Part shown: positions 1-10,558 of the stretch, piece after piece
Numbering within the stretch: position 1 is the first letter of the stretch
Layout: every line of letters starts with the position of its first letter
DNA from: Coprothermobacterota bacterium
GTDB taxonomy: Bacteria > Coprothermobacterota > HKB111
Length of the DNA: 64,000 nt
Direction of reading: 5' to 3'
Assembly (NCBI GenBank): GCA_037440465.1
Contig: JBBIUB010000001.1
Span: 140,105 to 204,104, forward strand
Made by a program: the position numbers and the translations under genes
The notes under the pieces: model-generated
What the model was told of the DNA's origin: nothing
Databases searched by the model: none
Seen by the model: only the letters and a program-made list of their open reading frames with translations

Positions 1-1694
1 CTTTCTACTAATATTTCTTTCACTTTTTTATAGCACTCATCTACAATAGACCTAACTTCTGCATCAATTAGAGAAGCTATTTCTGCGCTTAACGCTTTTG
101 CTTTTACAAGATCCCGACCCAGAAATACCATACCTTCCTTCTCTGCATAGTTTATGGGACCAAGTTGACTGCTCATCCCATACTCTACAACCATCCTATG
201 AGCTATTTCAGTGGCTTGTTCAAGGTCATTCTCTGCGCCGGTCGTAATTTCATTAAGGATAATTTCCTCTGCTACTCTTCCACCAAGAAAAACAGAGATT
301 TTCGCTAAAAGTTGTTCTCTTGTCATGATATAACGGTCTTCCGAAGGTAAAGGGATAGTATATCCAAGAGCCCTTCCTCTGGACACTACTGAGATACGAT
401 GCACCGGATCAGCTTGCGGAATACACTTAGAAACTATGGCATGTCCTGTTTCATGAACAGCAATAATCAATTTCTCTCTTTCGCTTACAACTCTATTCTT
501 CTGAGGACCAGCAATTATTCTATCAACAGCTTCTTCTAATTCACTGGCATATATCATCTTCTTCCCGCGTCTGGCCGCTAAAAGAGCAGCCTCATTTAAT
601 AAATTACCAAGATCAGCACCGGAAAACCCTGGCGTACGTTTTGCAAGAGTCTCAAGGTTAACATCAGGTGCGAAAGGTTTCCCTTTGCTATGAACCTTTA
701 AAATCTCCAAACGACCTTTAATGTCAGGTATATCAATCAACACCCTGCGGTCAAAACGACCTGGCCTTAGTAAAGCAGGATCTAAAATATCAGGCCTGTT
801 AGTTGCAGCTATAACAATGACTCCAAGGTAAGGGTCAAAACCATCCATTTCAACAAGGAGTTGGTTCAAAGTCTGTTCTCTTTCATCATGGCCTCCTCCA
901 ATCCCCGCTCCTCTCTGACGACCTACAGCATCTATCTCATCAATAAAGATAATACATGGCGCTTGCTTCTTTGCTTGGTCAAAAAGATCTCTTACCCGAG
1001 AAGCTCCTACCCCTACGAATAATTCTACAAACTCAGAGCCACTTACCGTAAAAAATGGTACACTTGCTTCTCCAGCCACAGCTCGTGCTAACAGTGTTTT
1101 GCCACACCCTGGAGGCCCTATTAAAAGTACACCTTTTGGTATTTTAGCACCAAGAGTCTGGAATTTGCGTGGATCCCTTAAAAATTCTACGACTTCCTGA
1201 AGCTCCATCTTGGATTCCTCAACACCTGCAGCGTCTTTAAATGTTACCTTAGGCTTATTATCAAGGAATAGCTTGGCTTTGCTTCTTCCAAAAGAGAATG
1301 CTTGACTGTTGGCTCCTTGAAGCTGCCGGACGAAAAAAAAGACTAGAAAAATAAGGGCTGCCAATGGTAGAATATTAAAAAATATTGTCCCCAACCAGTC
1401 AGTACGCGGGGGTTTAGCAATAATATCAACATCATAACTTCTGATTCTCTCTACTGCTGCATCATCCAACCAGGGAACGTGAACTGAGTATTTTATCCCT
1501 TCTTGTAGTGTCACTTTCAAGGTTTTATCTTCAATGACAACTGAACTTACCTTATTTTGGGATAATAATTCTTGAAATTCGGTATAGGAAATATCAGAAA
1601 CTTTTGTATTTTGAGAATAGGATTGATAAAAACTCCACACCAGAATCCCTATTAATATCATAATAAAGAAGTATCTACTAAATTTAATATCCAT
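1..1694 (-). CDS. ftsH: ATP-dependent zinc metalloprotease FtsH (3' end runs off the window)
   Basis: Manual translation from ATG at 1694 ([20 protein letters not shown]..., TM helix); Walker [19 protein letters not shown] and HETGH zinc motif; follows tilS-hpt as is typical. Not in the ORF track because it is truncated. Confidence 0.97.
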   Translation of the reverse strand, partial: MDIKFSRYFFIMILIGILVWSFYQSYSQNTKVSDISYTEFQELLSQNKVSSVVIEDKTLKVTLQEGIKYSVHVPWLDDAAVERIRSYDVDIIAKPPRTDWLGTIFFNILPLAALIFLVFFFVRQLQGANSQAFSFGRSKAKLFLDNKPKVTFKDAAGVEESKMELQEVVEFLRDPRKFQTLGAKIPKGVLLIGPPGCGKTLLARAVAGEASVPFFTVSGSEFVELFVGVGASRVRDLFDQAKKQAPCIIFIDEIDAVGRQRGAGIGGGHDEREQTLNQLLVEMDGFDPYLGVIVIAATNRPDILDPALLRPGRFDRRVLIDIPDIKGRLEILKVHSKGKPFAPDVNLETLAKRTPGFSGADLGNLLNEAALLAARRGKKMIYASELEEAVDRIIAGPQKNRVVSEREKLIIAVHETGHAIVSKCIPQADPVHRISVVSRGRALGYTIPLPSEDRYIMTREQLLAKISVFLGGRVAEEIILNEITTGAENDLEQATEIAHRMVVEYGMSSQLGPINYAEKEGMVFLGRDLVKAKALSAEIASLIDAEVRSIVDECYKKVKEILVE

Positions 1695-1712
1695 ATTTTA
1701 TTATAGCACCTG

Positions 1713-2249
1713 TTATAAATAAAGTTCTTCCTTGAGTACTCCTACAAACGGAAGGTTCCTATGTTTCCCACCAAAATCGAGTCCATACCCCACTACAAAT
1801 TTATTCGGTATGGAAAAACCTATGTACTCTACATTAACTTCTACTTTACGCCTTTCTTTCTTATCAAGAAGTACACAAGTCCTTAAACTTTTTGGATTCC
1901 TTGAAGTCAATAACTCTTGAATATATTTAAGTGTCAATCCAGTATCTACAATGTCCTCTATAAGTAAAACATTCTTGTCTTCGACAGGCTCATCCAAATC
2001 TTTAATAATACGAACTACTCCAGAGGATTCTGTAGCCTTTCCATAGCTGGAAACTCCAATAAAATCTATTGTCACGGGAATCTCAAGTTTTCGTATAAGG
2101 TCAGATGCAAAAATTGTAGCTCCCTTCAGCACAGATACTGTGTGGATAGTTTCGCCTTTGTAATCCTTGCTAATCTCTTTAGCCAGTTCTTCTACCCTAG
2201 CCTGAAGCACTTCTTCACTAATTAATACCTCTTCTATAAGATTTCCCAT
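1713..2249 (-). CDS. hpt: Hypoxanthine phosphoribosyltransferase
   Basis: VLLIEDIVDTGLT PRPP-binding motif, FVVGYGLD; tilS-hpt-ftsH synteny. Confidence 0.97.
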   Translation of the reverse strand: MGNLIEEVLISEEVLQARVEELAKEISKDYKGETIHTVSVLKGATIFASDLIRKLEIPVTIDFIGVSSYGKATESSGVVRIIKDLDEPVEDKNVLLIEDIVDTGLTLKYIQELLTSRNPKSLRTCVLLDKKERRKVEVNVEYIGFSIPNKFVVGYGLDFGGKHRNLPFVGVLKEELYL

Positions 2250-2331
2250 TTTACATCCTCCATGTTAATTATTTTTAGATAATCTTTCTTATTTATTAAT
2301 TTAGTGGGTCATTCTCCTATTAAGTTGCGTA

Positions 2332-3720
2332 TTATAGCTTAAGGATTCCCTTTTCTTTAACTGTTATGAGAATCCCTTCTTCCCCGACACCAACTTGGGC
2401 TTTATCAACGCCTATTATCCAAAAAACTCTTTCGTTATCCGCTAATACAGGTATGGCTTCCCTTTTATCTCTTTCAATTTTTTTATCAATCATTATATCC
2501 TGTATTTTCCTGGTATGACCTTGTATTCTTCTAAGACTTATCTTATCTCCGGGTAATCTTGATCTTACAATTAATGGATAACGATAGCTATTTAAGGGAA
2601 GAAATATCTCATTATCTCTTTCTTCTACTGGTTTTTTTGCATATTCTACTTTCAAAGTTACGCCAGATTCATCAATACGAGTGATCCCGGGTATAGCTAG
2701 AGTGTAATTAAAACTACACTTATCTGGCAAATCCTTTACTTCTACAAGTAAGGGTGAAATAGGTAATATTAAAAATTGTCCTTCTTTTTTGGCAATATAG
2801 CCAGTTTTAAGGTCTACTTCAACATCTTTACTTCTAGTTGTGATACTTAGTACTCTGTGTATCATATCTCTGCTTGCTTTAATGTCTAAATCTTCAAGAA
2901 TAGTAAGAATTAATCTTTTCTTTAAAACTGAAGGAATACCACTGAAAAGGGAAAGGTCTACCCTCCAAAAACTGCCTACTTTTTTAGCAATTTTTTCTAA
3001 AATACCTTTTACGATATTTTCCATAAAGTAATCTACCTCTTTAGCATCTTCGGCTATAGAAAATAAGTGCTCTTTAAAACCTGGGTTGATTTTTAGTAAT
3101 TCTGGAAAAATCTGGAGACGGACCTTATTTCTTATATACTGCATATCAAAATTGCAGGAATCTACTACAAAAGGAATTCCTTTCACGCTTGCATATTCTA
3201 AAATCTCGTTGCGATAGAATGGTAAAAGAGGTCTAAATAAATCCTCTTTGAGAATCTCCATTGCCTTAAGACCCCTGATACCTACTCCAGTAAGTAATCT
3301 ATAAAATACAGTTTCCACCTGATCATCAGCATTATGTGCGGTCACAATATAACCTTCCCCTAATGAATCAAGACAGTCTCTTAAACCTTTATATCTCAAT
3401 ATTCTCCCTGCTTCTTCGGGGGATATCTTTTTTTTATTAACGAAATCTTTTACAGACTTTTTCTCTACAATCAAAGGAATAGACCACTCCCTGGTTACCT
3501 TTTGAAGAAAAATAACATCTCTGTCTGCATCTTCTCTCATTCCGTGATGAAGATGATAAGCATAAAGGTTAAAACAAAATTCCTGAGCTACCTCTTTAAG
3601 AAGATAAGTAAGAACCATAGAATCCACTCCTCCTGATAATCCAATTAGTAAAAGACAACCATTAGAAGGTAGTGTCAAGGATGAAATTATTTTCTTTAAT
3701 TTGGGAATTGGGTTTAACAT
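2332..3720 (-). CDS. tilS: tRNA(Ile)-lysidine synthetase
   Basis: SGGVDS PP-loop, TAHNADDQVET, RPLL, RNKVR motifs. Confidence 0.96.
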   Translation of the reverse strand: MLNPIPKLKKIISSLTLPSNGCLLLIGLSGGVDSMVLTYLLKEVAQEFCFNLYAYHLHHGMREDADRDVIFLQKVTREWSIPLIVEKKSVKDFVNKKKISPEEAGRILRYKGLRDCLDSLGEGYIVTAHNADDQVETVFYRLLTGVGIRGLKAMEILKEDLFRPLLPFYRNEILEYASVKGIPFVVDSCNFDMQYIRNKVRLQIFPELLKINPGFKEHLFSIAEDAKEVDYFMENIVKGILEKIAKKVGSFWRVDLSLFSGIPSVLKKRLILTILEDLDIKASRDMIHRVLSITTRSKDVEVDLKTGYIAKKEGQFLILPISPLLVEVKDLPDKCSFNYTLAIPGITRIDESGVTLKVEYAKKPVEERDNEIFLPLNSYRYPLIVRSRLPGDKISLRRIQGHTRKIQDIMIDKKIERDKREAIPVLADNERVFWIIGVDKAQVGVGEEGILITVKEKGILKL

Positions 3721-3728
3721 ATTAGTAG

Positions 3729-3802
3729 TGGCGGCGCAGGGATTCGAACCCCGGACACTACGGGTATGAGCCGTATGCTCTAACCAACTGAGCTACACCG
3801 CC
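3729..3802 (-). tRNA. tRNA-Met(CAT), probably elongator; CCA not encoded
   Basis: Reverse complement GGCGGTGTAGCTCAGTTGG...ACGG-CTCATAC-CCGT...GGTTCGAATCC...CGCCGCCA folds as a cloverleaf; paired G1-C72. Confidence 0.93.
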
Positions 3803-3821
3803 CTGCGCAACTAATAATAAA

Positions 3822-3898
3822 TGGTAGCGGGGGAAGGATTTGAACCTTCGACCTCCGGGTTATGAGCCCGGCGAGCTACCTGGCTGCTCCACCCCGCG
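3822..3898 (-). tRNA. Initiator tRNA-fMet(CAT)
   Basis: CGCGGGGTGGAGCAGCCAGGTAGCTCG...; C1:U72 mismatch, GGG/CCC anticodon stem, CAT anticodon, encoded CCA. Confidence 0.96.
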
Positions 3899-3908
3899 AT
3901 AACTATTT

Positions 3909-3938
3909 ATTATACCCTTAAAAATAGGATCTTGTCAA
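3909..3938 (-). promoter_or_regulatory. Sigma70-type promoter for the tRNA-fMet/Met genes
   Basis: TTGACA-18 nt-TATAAT on the minus strand, about 10 nt upstream of tRNA-fMet. Confidence 0.75.
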
Positions 3939-3947
3939 TTAAAGTAT

Positions 3948-4904
3948 TTAAGAATCCCTGACAATCCAGGTTCCTGTCTCATTTCTTAAAGCGGATATCA
4001 GAGAATCAGGAGAAGCTATAAGCACCTTTCCATTTATTTTTTCGAGGTACTTTATGGACGCCAAAATTTTAGGGCCCATGCTCCCCGCTGGAAAATGCCC
4101 TTCATTATAATACCTCTTGGCTTCAAATAGAGTCATTTTACTTATCTTCTTCTCATTATCTTTGCCGAAGTTTAAAGCTACTTGAGAAACGCCTGTTAGA
4201 ATTATAAACAAACCAGCTCCGAGTTCTTCAGCTAAAAGAGCAGAGCCTAAATCTTTATCAATAACTGCCTCCACACCTATTAATTTTCCACCATCATTAC
4301 ATACAGGTATTCCCCCACCACCAACAGCAACAACAAGGTGACCTCTTTCAGTTAGATCCTCGATGGCTCTGTATTCTATTATCTCACGGGGTATTGGTGA
4401 AGGTACAATCCTTCTCCATCCACGTCCTGAATCTTCCTTAACAACCCAACCTTTTTCTTTACTCAACTTGCAGGCTTCCTCTTCAGAATAGAAAAGACCA
4501 ACATATTTTGTAGGATTTTTAAAGGCTGGATCTTCCTTATCTACTAAGGTTCGTGTTACAACAGAAACAACAGATCGATTAACTCCAGCTTGATTCAAGG
4601 CTTCCTGAAGTGGTTGGATCATCATATATCCTATACTTCCCTGAGTTTCTGCACCACACACATCCAATGTATGGGGAGGGACTGCATGTTGACTAAGCTC
4701 CGAACGCAAAAGGGTATTTCCAACCTGGGGACCGTTGCCATGGGTTATTACGATATTCAGATCCTCTCTCATCAGAAATGGGAGAAGATGCTTTACTGTC
4801 TCTTTTATGTTTTTGTATTGTTCTTCAACAGTACCTTTTTCGCCAGTTCGCAAAATAGCATTTCCACCGAGTGCTATCACTATGAACTCTTTACCGTTTC
4901 TCAA
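3948..4904 (-). CDS. arcC: Carbamate kinase
   Basis: ALGGNA, THGNGPQVG, GGGGIPV, EAVIDKD, GSMGPK motifs. Confidence 0.97.
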   Translation of the reverse strand: MRNGKEFIVIALGGNAILRTGEKGTVEEQYKNIKETVKHLLPFLMREDLNIVITHGNGPQVGNTLLRSELSQHAVPPHTLDVCGAETQGSIGYMMIQPLQEALNQAGVNRSVVSVVTRTLVDKEDPAFKNPTKYVGLFYSEEEACKLSKEKGWVVKEDSGRGWRRIVPSPIPREIIEYRAIEDLTERGHLVVAVGGGGIPVCNDGGKLIGVEAVIDKDLGSALLAEELGAGLFIILTGVSQVALNFGKDNEKKISKMTLFEAKRYYNEGHFPAGSMGPKILASIKYLEKINGKVLIASPDSLISALRNETGTWIVRDS

Positions 4905-4913
4905 TTTAGACTC

Positions 4914-5840
4914 CTAAAGTAAAAGAGCCAGGATGGCTTTCTGAGCGTGCAGCCTATTTTCAGCTTGGTCAAAAACCACTGATTGAGGTCCATCCATTAC
5001 CTCGTTGGTTATCTCTTCTCCTCTGTGTGCGGGTAGGCAGTGTAACACAACAGCTTCAGGAGAAGCAAAGTTTAGAAGTGAAGAATTAACTTGATAAGGT
5101 ATAAAGACCTTCTTCCTCTCTATAGCCTCCTCTTCTTGCCCCATACTGGCCCAAACATCTGAATATACTACATCTGCTTTCTCTATAGCTTCTTCAGGAT
5201 TGGAAACTACCTTGATGGTGCCACCACTCTTCAAAGCTTCCGCCTGAGCCATTTCTACGACAAAAGCTGATGGTTCATAGTAAGGAGGCGAAGCTACTCT
5301 TATATGCATTCCCACCTTGGCTCCACCAAGAAGAAGGGCGTTACACACATTGTTTCCATCACCTATATAAGCCATGGTCACCCCCTTAAGACTTCCCTTC
5401 TTCTCCTTGACAGTCATAAGATCTCCAAGAACCTGGCAGGGGTGATATAGGTCAGATAAACCATTTATCACTGGTATAGAAGCATATTCAGCTAACTCCT
5501 CAAGAGTCTTATGAGAATAGACTCTTGCCATTATACCGTTTAAATAACGAGAAAGTGTGCGAGCTGTGTCTGCAATGGTTTCTCCTCTTTTAAGCTGAAG
5601 ATCTTGAGCTCCGAGATAAAGGGCATGGCCTCCAAGCTCATACATAGCAACTTCAAAAGAGACCCTGGTGCGAGTTGAGGGTTTCTCAAAAATCATACCG
5701 AGAGTCTTACCCTGCAAAGAATTATGAATTATATTGCTTCTCTTCATCCTTTTCAACATAAACCCTGTTTCTAAAATTTCTTCTATCTCTTCTAAGGATA
5801 AATCTCCCAGGCTTAATAGGTCTCTTCCCCTAAGATTCAT
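4914..5840 (-). CDS. argF: Ornithine carbamoyltransferase (likely catabolic ArcB role given the context)
   Basis: STRT, HPCQ, DVWASMG, HCLP motifs. Confidence 0.96.
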   Translation of the reverse strand: MNLRGRDLLSLGDLSLEEIEEILETGFMLKRMKRSNIIHNSLQGKTLGMIFEKPSTRTRVSFEVAMYELGGHALYLGAQDLQLKRGETIADTARTLSRYLNGIMARVYSHKTLEELAEYASIPVINGLSDLYHPCQVLGDLMTVKEKKGSLKGVTMAYIGDGNNVCNALLLGGAKVGMHIRVASPPYYEPSAFVVEMAQAEALKSGGTIKVVSNPEEAIEKADVVYSDVWASMGQEEEAIERKKVFIPYQVNSSLLNFASPEAVVLHCLPAHRGEEITNEVMDGPQSVVFDQAENRLHAQKAILALLL

Positions 5841-7183
5841 GCTTCCACCTCCTTTTCCTTGATTATATGAGGAATTCTCTCTTTAAGAATGGAGCTCAGG
5901 GTAGGCTCCCCAATCTCTTGAAGCTCGTAAGTCACACGGACCGCTGGCTTATTTAGTTTTACTAGCCTTCGTAAATCTATGGGTGTAGCTACAATTACCA
6001 AATCAGCTGGAATTTGATTAAGGGTCTCTTCCATCTCCTTTATCTGGTTCTCGCTATAACCCATAGCTGGTAGAACATCTTCAGTTTGAGTATAGCGGGT
6101 AAAGGTACCTTTAATGGTTCCTACTGCATAAGGTTTTGGGCTAATAATTTCAGATGCCCCATATTTCAGAGCTGCAACATAGCCAGCGCCATACGCCATC
6201 TCTCCATGAGTTAAAGTAGGACCATCTTCAACTATCACTACTTTCTTTCCTCTTATCTTCCCCCCTTCCTCTACATATATAGGAGAAGCAGCTTCAACTA
6301 TAATTGCCCGGGGATTAAACTTACGGGCACTAACCCTTACCTTATTCACATTATCAAGAGAAGCTGTATCAAGCTTATTTATAACTAAAACATCGGCTGA
6401 TCTCAGATTGGTCTCACCTGGGTGATAACCAATCTCATGACTGGCCCTCAGCGGATCAAGAACCACTATACTTAAATCACTCTTATAGAATGAAAAGTCA
6501 TTATTTCCACCATCCCACACAACCACATCTGCTTCTCGCTGAGCAGATTCCAGAATATCGCCGTAGTCAACACCAGCATATACAATCATTCCCTTAATAA
6601 TATGAGGTTCATACTCTTCCATCTCTTCTATGGTGCATTTGTGCTTTTCAAGGTCAGCAATGGTCTCAAATCTCTGTACTCTCTGGATGGCAAGGTCACC
6701 ATAGGGCATGGGGTGCCTGACAACAACCACTTTGAGTCCCATCTCCTTTAAAATGCCGGCAACCCTTCTGGTAGTCTGACTCTTACCTGCCCCAGTTCTA
6801 ATAGCCCCTACAGAAACTACCGGTTTTCTTGCTGCGATCTGGGTGCTACCTGGCCCTAAAAGCCAGAAATCTGCTCCTGAAGCAAGAGTAAGAGATGCCT
6901 TGTGCATAACATATTCGTGAGAAACATCGCTATAAGAAAAAACTATTACTTTTACACCCAGTTCTTTAATTAAACGGGTAAGCTCTTCTTCAGCATATAT
7001 AGGAATACCCATTGGATATAATTTACCAGACAGAGATGAAGGATACTTCCTGCCCTCTATATCGGGAATCTGAGTGGCTGTAAAAGCAATAACTTCATAC
7101 TTCTCATTATCTCTGAAAAAAACATTGAAATTATGAAAATCACGTCCAGCTGCTCCCATAATGAGCACTTTGATTCTTCCCAT
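5837..7183 (-). CDS. arcE: Arginine synthetase ArcE-like P-loop enzyme (family often annotated as cyclic 2,3-diphosphoglycerate synthetase or GTPase)
   Basis: GAAGRDFHNFN, TATQIP, RTGAGKSQT, RHPMPYG, WDGGNND, EDGPTLTHG motifs match my recollection of Thermococcus ArcE; overlaps the OTCase start and lies in an operon with carbamate kinase. Confidence 0.82.
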   Translation of the reverse strand: MGRIKVLIMGAAGRDFHNFNVFFRDNEKYEVIAFTATQIPDIEGRKYPSSLSGKLYPMGIPIYAEEELTRLIKELGVKVIVFSYSDVSHEYVMHKASLTLASGADFWLLGPGSTQIAARKPVVSVGAIRTGAGKSQTTRRVAGILKEMGLKVVVVRHPMPYGDLAIQRVQRFETIADLEKHKCTIEEMEEYEPHIIKGMIVYAGVDYGDILESAQREADVVVWDGGNNDFSFYKSDLSIVVLDPLRASHEIGYHPGETNLRSADVLVINKLDTASLDNVNKVRVSARKFNPRAIIVEAASPIYVEEGGKIRGKKVVIVEDGPTLTHGEMAYGAGYVAALKYGASEIISPKPYAVGTIKGTFTRYTQTEDVLPAMGYSENQIKEMEETLNQIPADLVIVATPIDLRRLVKLNKPAVRVTYELQEIGEPTLSSILKERIPHIIKEKEVEA

Positions 7184-7206
7184 GTTGAGACCCCCTTAAT
7201 TGAAAA

Positions 7207-7605
7207 TTATCTCTTTCTATACTGACGATCTTTACGAGCTCGATGAAGACCAAATTTCTTTCTTTCTTTCTCACGTGGGTCTCTGGTTAATAACCCTTCT
7301 TTTCTTAAAACTGGCTTGAGCTCGGGGTCAAGATTAACAATAGCTCTTGCAATTCCCAAACTTAAAGCTCCAGCCTGCCCTGAAATACCTCCTCCCCCGA
7401 CCCGAGCAGAAATATCCAGTAGAGAAAGTGTATTCGTAACAATGAGAGGCTTAGTTACACGCAATTCTAAGGATTTCCTCTCCTGAAGAAGTTCCAATAA
7501 TGATTTTCCATTAACCACTATATTTCCAGTACCTTTTCTCGCCAAAATCACAGCCACAGCCCTTTTTCTTCGACCAGTAGCTTGAATTGTTGTAATTGGA
7601 ATCAT
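7207..7605 (-). CDS. rpsI: 30S ribosomal protein S9
   Basis: GRRKRAVA, GGGISGQAGA, TRDPREKERKKFG, C-terminal KR. Confidence 0.98.
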   Translation of the reverse strand: MIPITTIQATGRRKRAVAVILARKGTGNIVVNGKSLLELLQERKSLELRVTKPLIVTNTLSLLDISARVGGGGISGQAGALSLGIARAIVNLDPELKPVLRKEGLLTRDPREKERKKFGLHRARKDRQYRKR

Positions 7606-8060
7606 GCCTCTTCCCTCTCTTTTACAATATCAATTAACTTCGGTTCCTGTGCAGAATGAGGATGCAAAGGACCCGAATAAACTTTAAGCCTTTTATACAT
7701 CTTCCTACCAAGTGTTGTTTTTGGAAGCATAAGGCGCACTGCTTTTTCTAAAACCCTCTCAGGGAAATTTTCTAATACCTTGGAAAGAGGGGTCGCTTTT
7801 AAACCCCCCTGGTAACCAGAATAGTGGTAGTATTTCTTTTGAGCCAACTTCTTTCCGGTTATTTTTATATCTTTAGCATTGATAACTATAACAAAACTAC
7901 CCATATCAACATGCGGTGTAAACTCTACTTTATTCTTTCCCTGAAGATAGCGACTAATTTGAGATGCCAGCCTTCCAAGAATCTTACCCTTAGCATCAAC
8001 AAGATGCCAGTCTCTTTTTACCTCTTTAATATTTATAAACCTTGTTTTAGTAGTTTCCAT
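7602..8060 (-). CDS. rplM: 50S ribosomal protein L13
   Basis: WHLVDA..LGRLAS, TPHVD, HSGYQGG, HPHSAQ. Confidence 0.98.
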   Translation of the reverse strand: METTKTRFINIKEVKRDWHLVDAKGKILGRLASQISRYLQGKNKVEFTPHVDMGSFVIVINAKDIKITGKKLAQKKYYHYSGYQGGLKATPLSKVLENFPERVLEKAVRLMLPKTTLGRKMYKRLKVYSGPLHPHSAQEPKLIDIVKEREEA

Positions 8061-8102
8061 TTCTTAAATGGTCTTATGCCTCCTTAAAAATAACTAAAAA
8101 AC

Positions 8103-8131
8103 ATTCTAAAACAAACCCCTCTCTTTGTCAA
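8103..8131 (-). promoter_or_regulatory. Sigma70-type promoter for rplM-rpsI (possibly also the arc genes)
   Basis: TTGACA-17 nt-TAGAAT on the minus strand. Confidence 0.7.
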
Positions 8132-8249
8132 GCACGGTGTTTGTTCTCAAATAATTATTAAATATAATATTTATCATAATAATTATACACTATCTTCTCA
8201 TTAAGGGTACATATTTTACTTACCTATATCGGATAGGATATCTATTCCC

Positions 8250-8320
8250 GTCAAACTGAATTTATTTTATGAGACCCTGAAACAATCCTGAATAGATTTT
8301 AGGACAGGGCCCAAGGTGAC
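8250..8320. repeat. REP-like palindromic repeat, family A (GAGAyCCTGAA...TTCAGGrTGAC), nested form
   Basis: GAGACCCTGAAACAATCCTGAATAGATTTTAGGACAGGGCCCAAGGTGAC closely resembles 24520-24569. Confidence 0.75.
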
Positions 8321-8369
8321 CCCCCACCCCACTCTCCCTCTACGAAGGGGAGGATTAAGGAGGGGGTGA
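8321..8369. repeat. C-rich/G-rich inverted repeat, family B
   Basis: CCCCCACCCCACTCTCCCTCTACGAAGGGGAGGATTAAGGAGGGGGTGA; related pieces at 20641-20713 and 31797-31816. Confidence 0.6.
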
Positions 8370-8447
8370 CAAAACTGAAATGCTTTTCAGCTTTTTCAAA
8401 TAAAAACTCCTCTTTTGAATTTTACTTAATATGGATTATAAAAAGTC

Positions 8448-8476
8448 TTGACATTTATAAATATTATTATTATAAT
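8448..8476 (+). promoter_or_regulatory. Consensus sigma70 promoter of the FabH-like/Liv operon
   Basis: Perfect TTGACA-17 nt-TATAAT; followed by an imperfect palindrome TGAAAGGTGAATCAGGTATAA and SD AAGGAG. Confidence 0.85.
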
Positions 8477-8510
8477 GTGAAAGGTGAATCAGGTATAAAA
8501 AGGAGTGCTT

Positions 8511-9509
8511 ATGGAAAACAAAAGGACGTCGAGAATTATAGGAACAGGTCTACATGTACCAGAAAAGGTTTTAACAAACCAATATTTTAATGATTTCTTT
8601 AAGGAAGATGTTGGTTCATGGCTTGAAGGTGTTGTAGGTCAAAAGGAAAGGCATGTCCTTGGAGATAATGAATCGGTGGTAGATATTGCTGTTCCTGCAG
8701 CTATTATGGCTATTGAAGAAGGTAAAATCAAGCCCGAAGACATAGACATTATCATTGTTTCTTCTGATACTCATGAATACATTTCACCACCAACATCCTT
8801 TGTTGTACAAAATAAATTGGGTGCTAAAAATGCAGCAGTATTTGATTTAAACGCCTCATGCGCCTCATTTGTAACAGCTCTTGTAACAGCAGATAAATGG
8901 CTTAAAGATGAGGAAAGTTTTAAATATGTATTAGTTATTGGTGAATATGGAATGACAAAATATCTAAACTGGAATGATAAATACACTGCTACCCTCTTTG
9001 CTGATGGTGCAGGAGCTTTTCTTCTTAAAGCAGAAAATGATGAAGAAGAAGGAGTAATAGACTCCGTATTTATAGCTGATGGAAGTTATTATGATTATAT
9101 TGGGGTCTTCGGTGGAGGAACAAGGTTCCCCTTAAGAGAAGAAACTATTCAACAGGGTTTACATCAATTGAGAATAATGAAAAGGTATCCACCCGACATT
9201 AACTCCAGGAACTGGCCAATTCTTATAGAAAATCTCCTCCAAAAAGTTGGAAAAGAAGTTACAGACATAGACATGATTTTCTTTACTCAAATTAATCTTG
9301 GTACAATTAAAGAGGTAATGACTAATCTAAATATTCCAATAGAGAAAACCCACTGGATAATGGATAAATACGGCTACACCGGTTCTGCTTGTATACCTAT
9401 GGCTGTTCATGATGCCCGATTAAATAATAAATTAAAAAAAGGAGATTTCGTGGTAATGATAGCCTCTGGAGCAGGCTTTGCTATGGGAGCTATAGCACTA
9501 AAATGGTAA
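8511..9509 (+). CDS. FabH/KAS III-fold protein with non-canonical active site (Cys kept; His and Asn replaced)
   Basis: DLNASC, LFADGAGA; FFTQIN where HQAN is expected and YGYTGSA where GNTS is expected; ATG 8511 after AAGGAG. Confidence 0.88.
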   Translation: MENKRTSRIIGTGLHVPEKVLTNQYFNDFFKEDVGSWLEGVVGQKERHVLGDNESVVDIAVPAAIMAIEEGKIKPEDIDIIIVSSDTHEYISPPTSFVVQNKLGAKNAAVFDLNASCASFVTALVTADKWLKDEESFKYVLVIGEYGMTKYLNWNDKYTATLFADGAGAFLLKAENDEEEGVIDSVFIADGSYYDYIGVFGGGTRFPLREETIQQGLHQLRIMKRYPPDINSRNWPILIENLLQKVGKEVTDIDMIFFTQINLGTIKEVMTNLNIPIEKTHWIMDKYGYTGSACIPMAVHDARLNNKLKKGDFVVMIASGAGFAMGAIALKW

Positions 9510-9554
9510 TTTATATTAATCAAAACCAGTTTAGTAGAGGAGATTTTAAATAAT

Positions 9555-10538
9555 ATGCGGTCGGTAAAAATAAGTTCTACTGGAATATATTCACCTTCCA
9601 GAACTATGTTCACTGAAGAAATAAATGAATTAGTTGGTGAGGATATAACTTACTGGGCGGTAGAGAAGATGGGCTTAAAAGTAAAAAAAATCTCAGAACC
9701 CGATGAAGCAGCCTCAGATTTAGCAGTAAAAGCAAGTATTGAAGCTATTAATAAAGCAGGAATAAAACCAGAAGACCTTGATCTTCTGATAGTAGCAACA
9801 GATACCCCTGACTATTTTTCCCCTGCTACATCTTCAATTGTTCAATGTAAATTAGGTGCTAAAAATGCAGGTACTTTTGATGTCAATTGTGCTTGCGCTG
9901 GCTTGGTTACGGCATTGGATATAGCTACTAAATATATCCTTACGGATAGTTCTTTTAAAAAGGTTCTTATAGTTGGTACTTACGCTATGACTAAGTTTCT
10001 CAATTGGAAAGATAAAGTAACAGCTCCTATTTTTTCAGACGGCGCAGGAGCAATTATACTGGAAGAAACAGATAATGGTCCTGGATTCCTGACCTCTAAA
10101 CTAATTGCAGATGGTTGTTTCTATGACTATTTAGGTGTTTACCTCGGCTCAGGAGCAGTACCCACACCTGAATACATAGAAAAAGGGTTACATTTCGTCA
10201 GATATAACAAAAGATATCCTGATGTAAATTCAGAAAATTGGCCAAGCTTGGTGCGAGATACGCTCAAAAAGGTAAATCTTACTTCTCAAGATATTGACAT
10301 GATAATCTTCACTCAAGTCCGTAAATTTACCATAGAAGAAGTAATGGAAAAACTCAATCTCCCTCTTTCTAAAACATACATGGTTATGCACAAATATGGG
10401 TACACAGGCTCCGCCTGTATCCCTATGGCTTTGAATGATGCCCTTGAAGAAAGGAAAATAAAAAAGGGAGACCTTGTAGTTTTTTGCTCATCAGGAGGTG
10501 GGTATGCGATGGCAGCATACGCCATGAGATGGGTTTAA
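9555..10538 (+). CDS. Second FabH/KAS III-fold paralog with the same non-canonical active site
   Basis: DVNCAC, IFSDGAGA, IFTQVR, YGYTGSACIP. Confidence 0.88.
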   Translation: MRSVKISSTGIYSPSRTMFTEEINELVGEDITYWAVEKMGLKVKKISEPDEAASDLAVKASIEAINKAGIKPEDLDLLIVATDTPDYFSPATSSIVQCKLGAKNAGTFDVNCACAGLVTALDIATKYILTDSSFKKVLIVGTYAMTKFLNWKDKVTAPIFSDGAGAIILEETDNGPGFLTSKLIADGCFYDYLGVYLGSGAVPTPEYIEKGLHFVRYNKRYPDVNSENWPSLVRDTLKKVNLTSQDIDMIIFTQVRKFTIEEVMEKLNLPLSKTYMVMHKYGYTGSACIPMALNDALEERKIKKGDLVVFCSSGGGYAMAAYAMRWV

Positions 10539-10558
10539 AAATAAAAGGAGGTACGACC

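Noticed and set aside
5837..7183. Cyclic 2,3-diphosphoglycerate synthetase annotation
   Set aside because: No 2-phosphoglycerate kinase is adjacent; motifs and the OTCase/carbamate kinase context fit ArcE better
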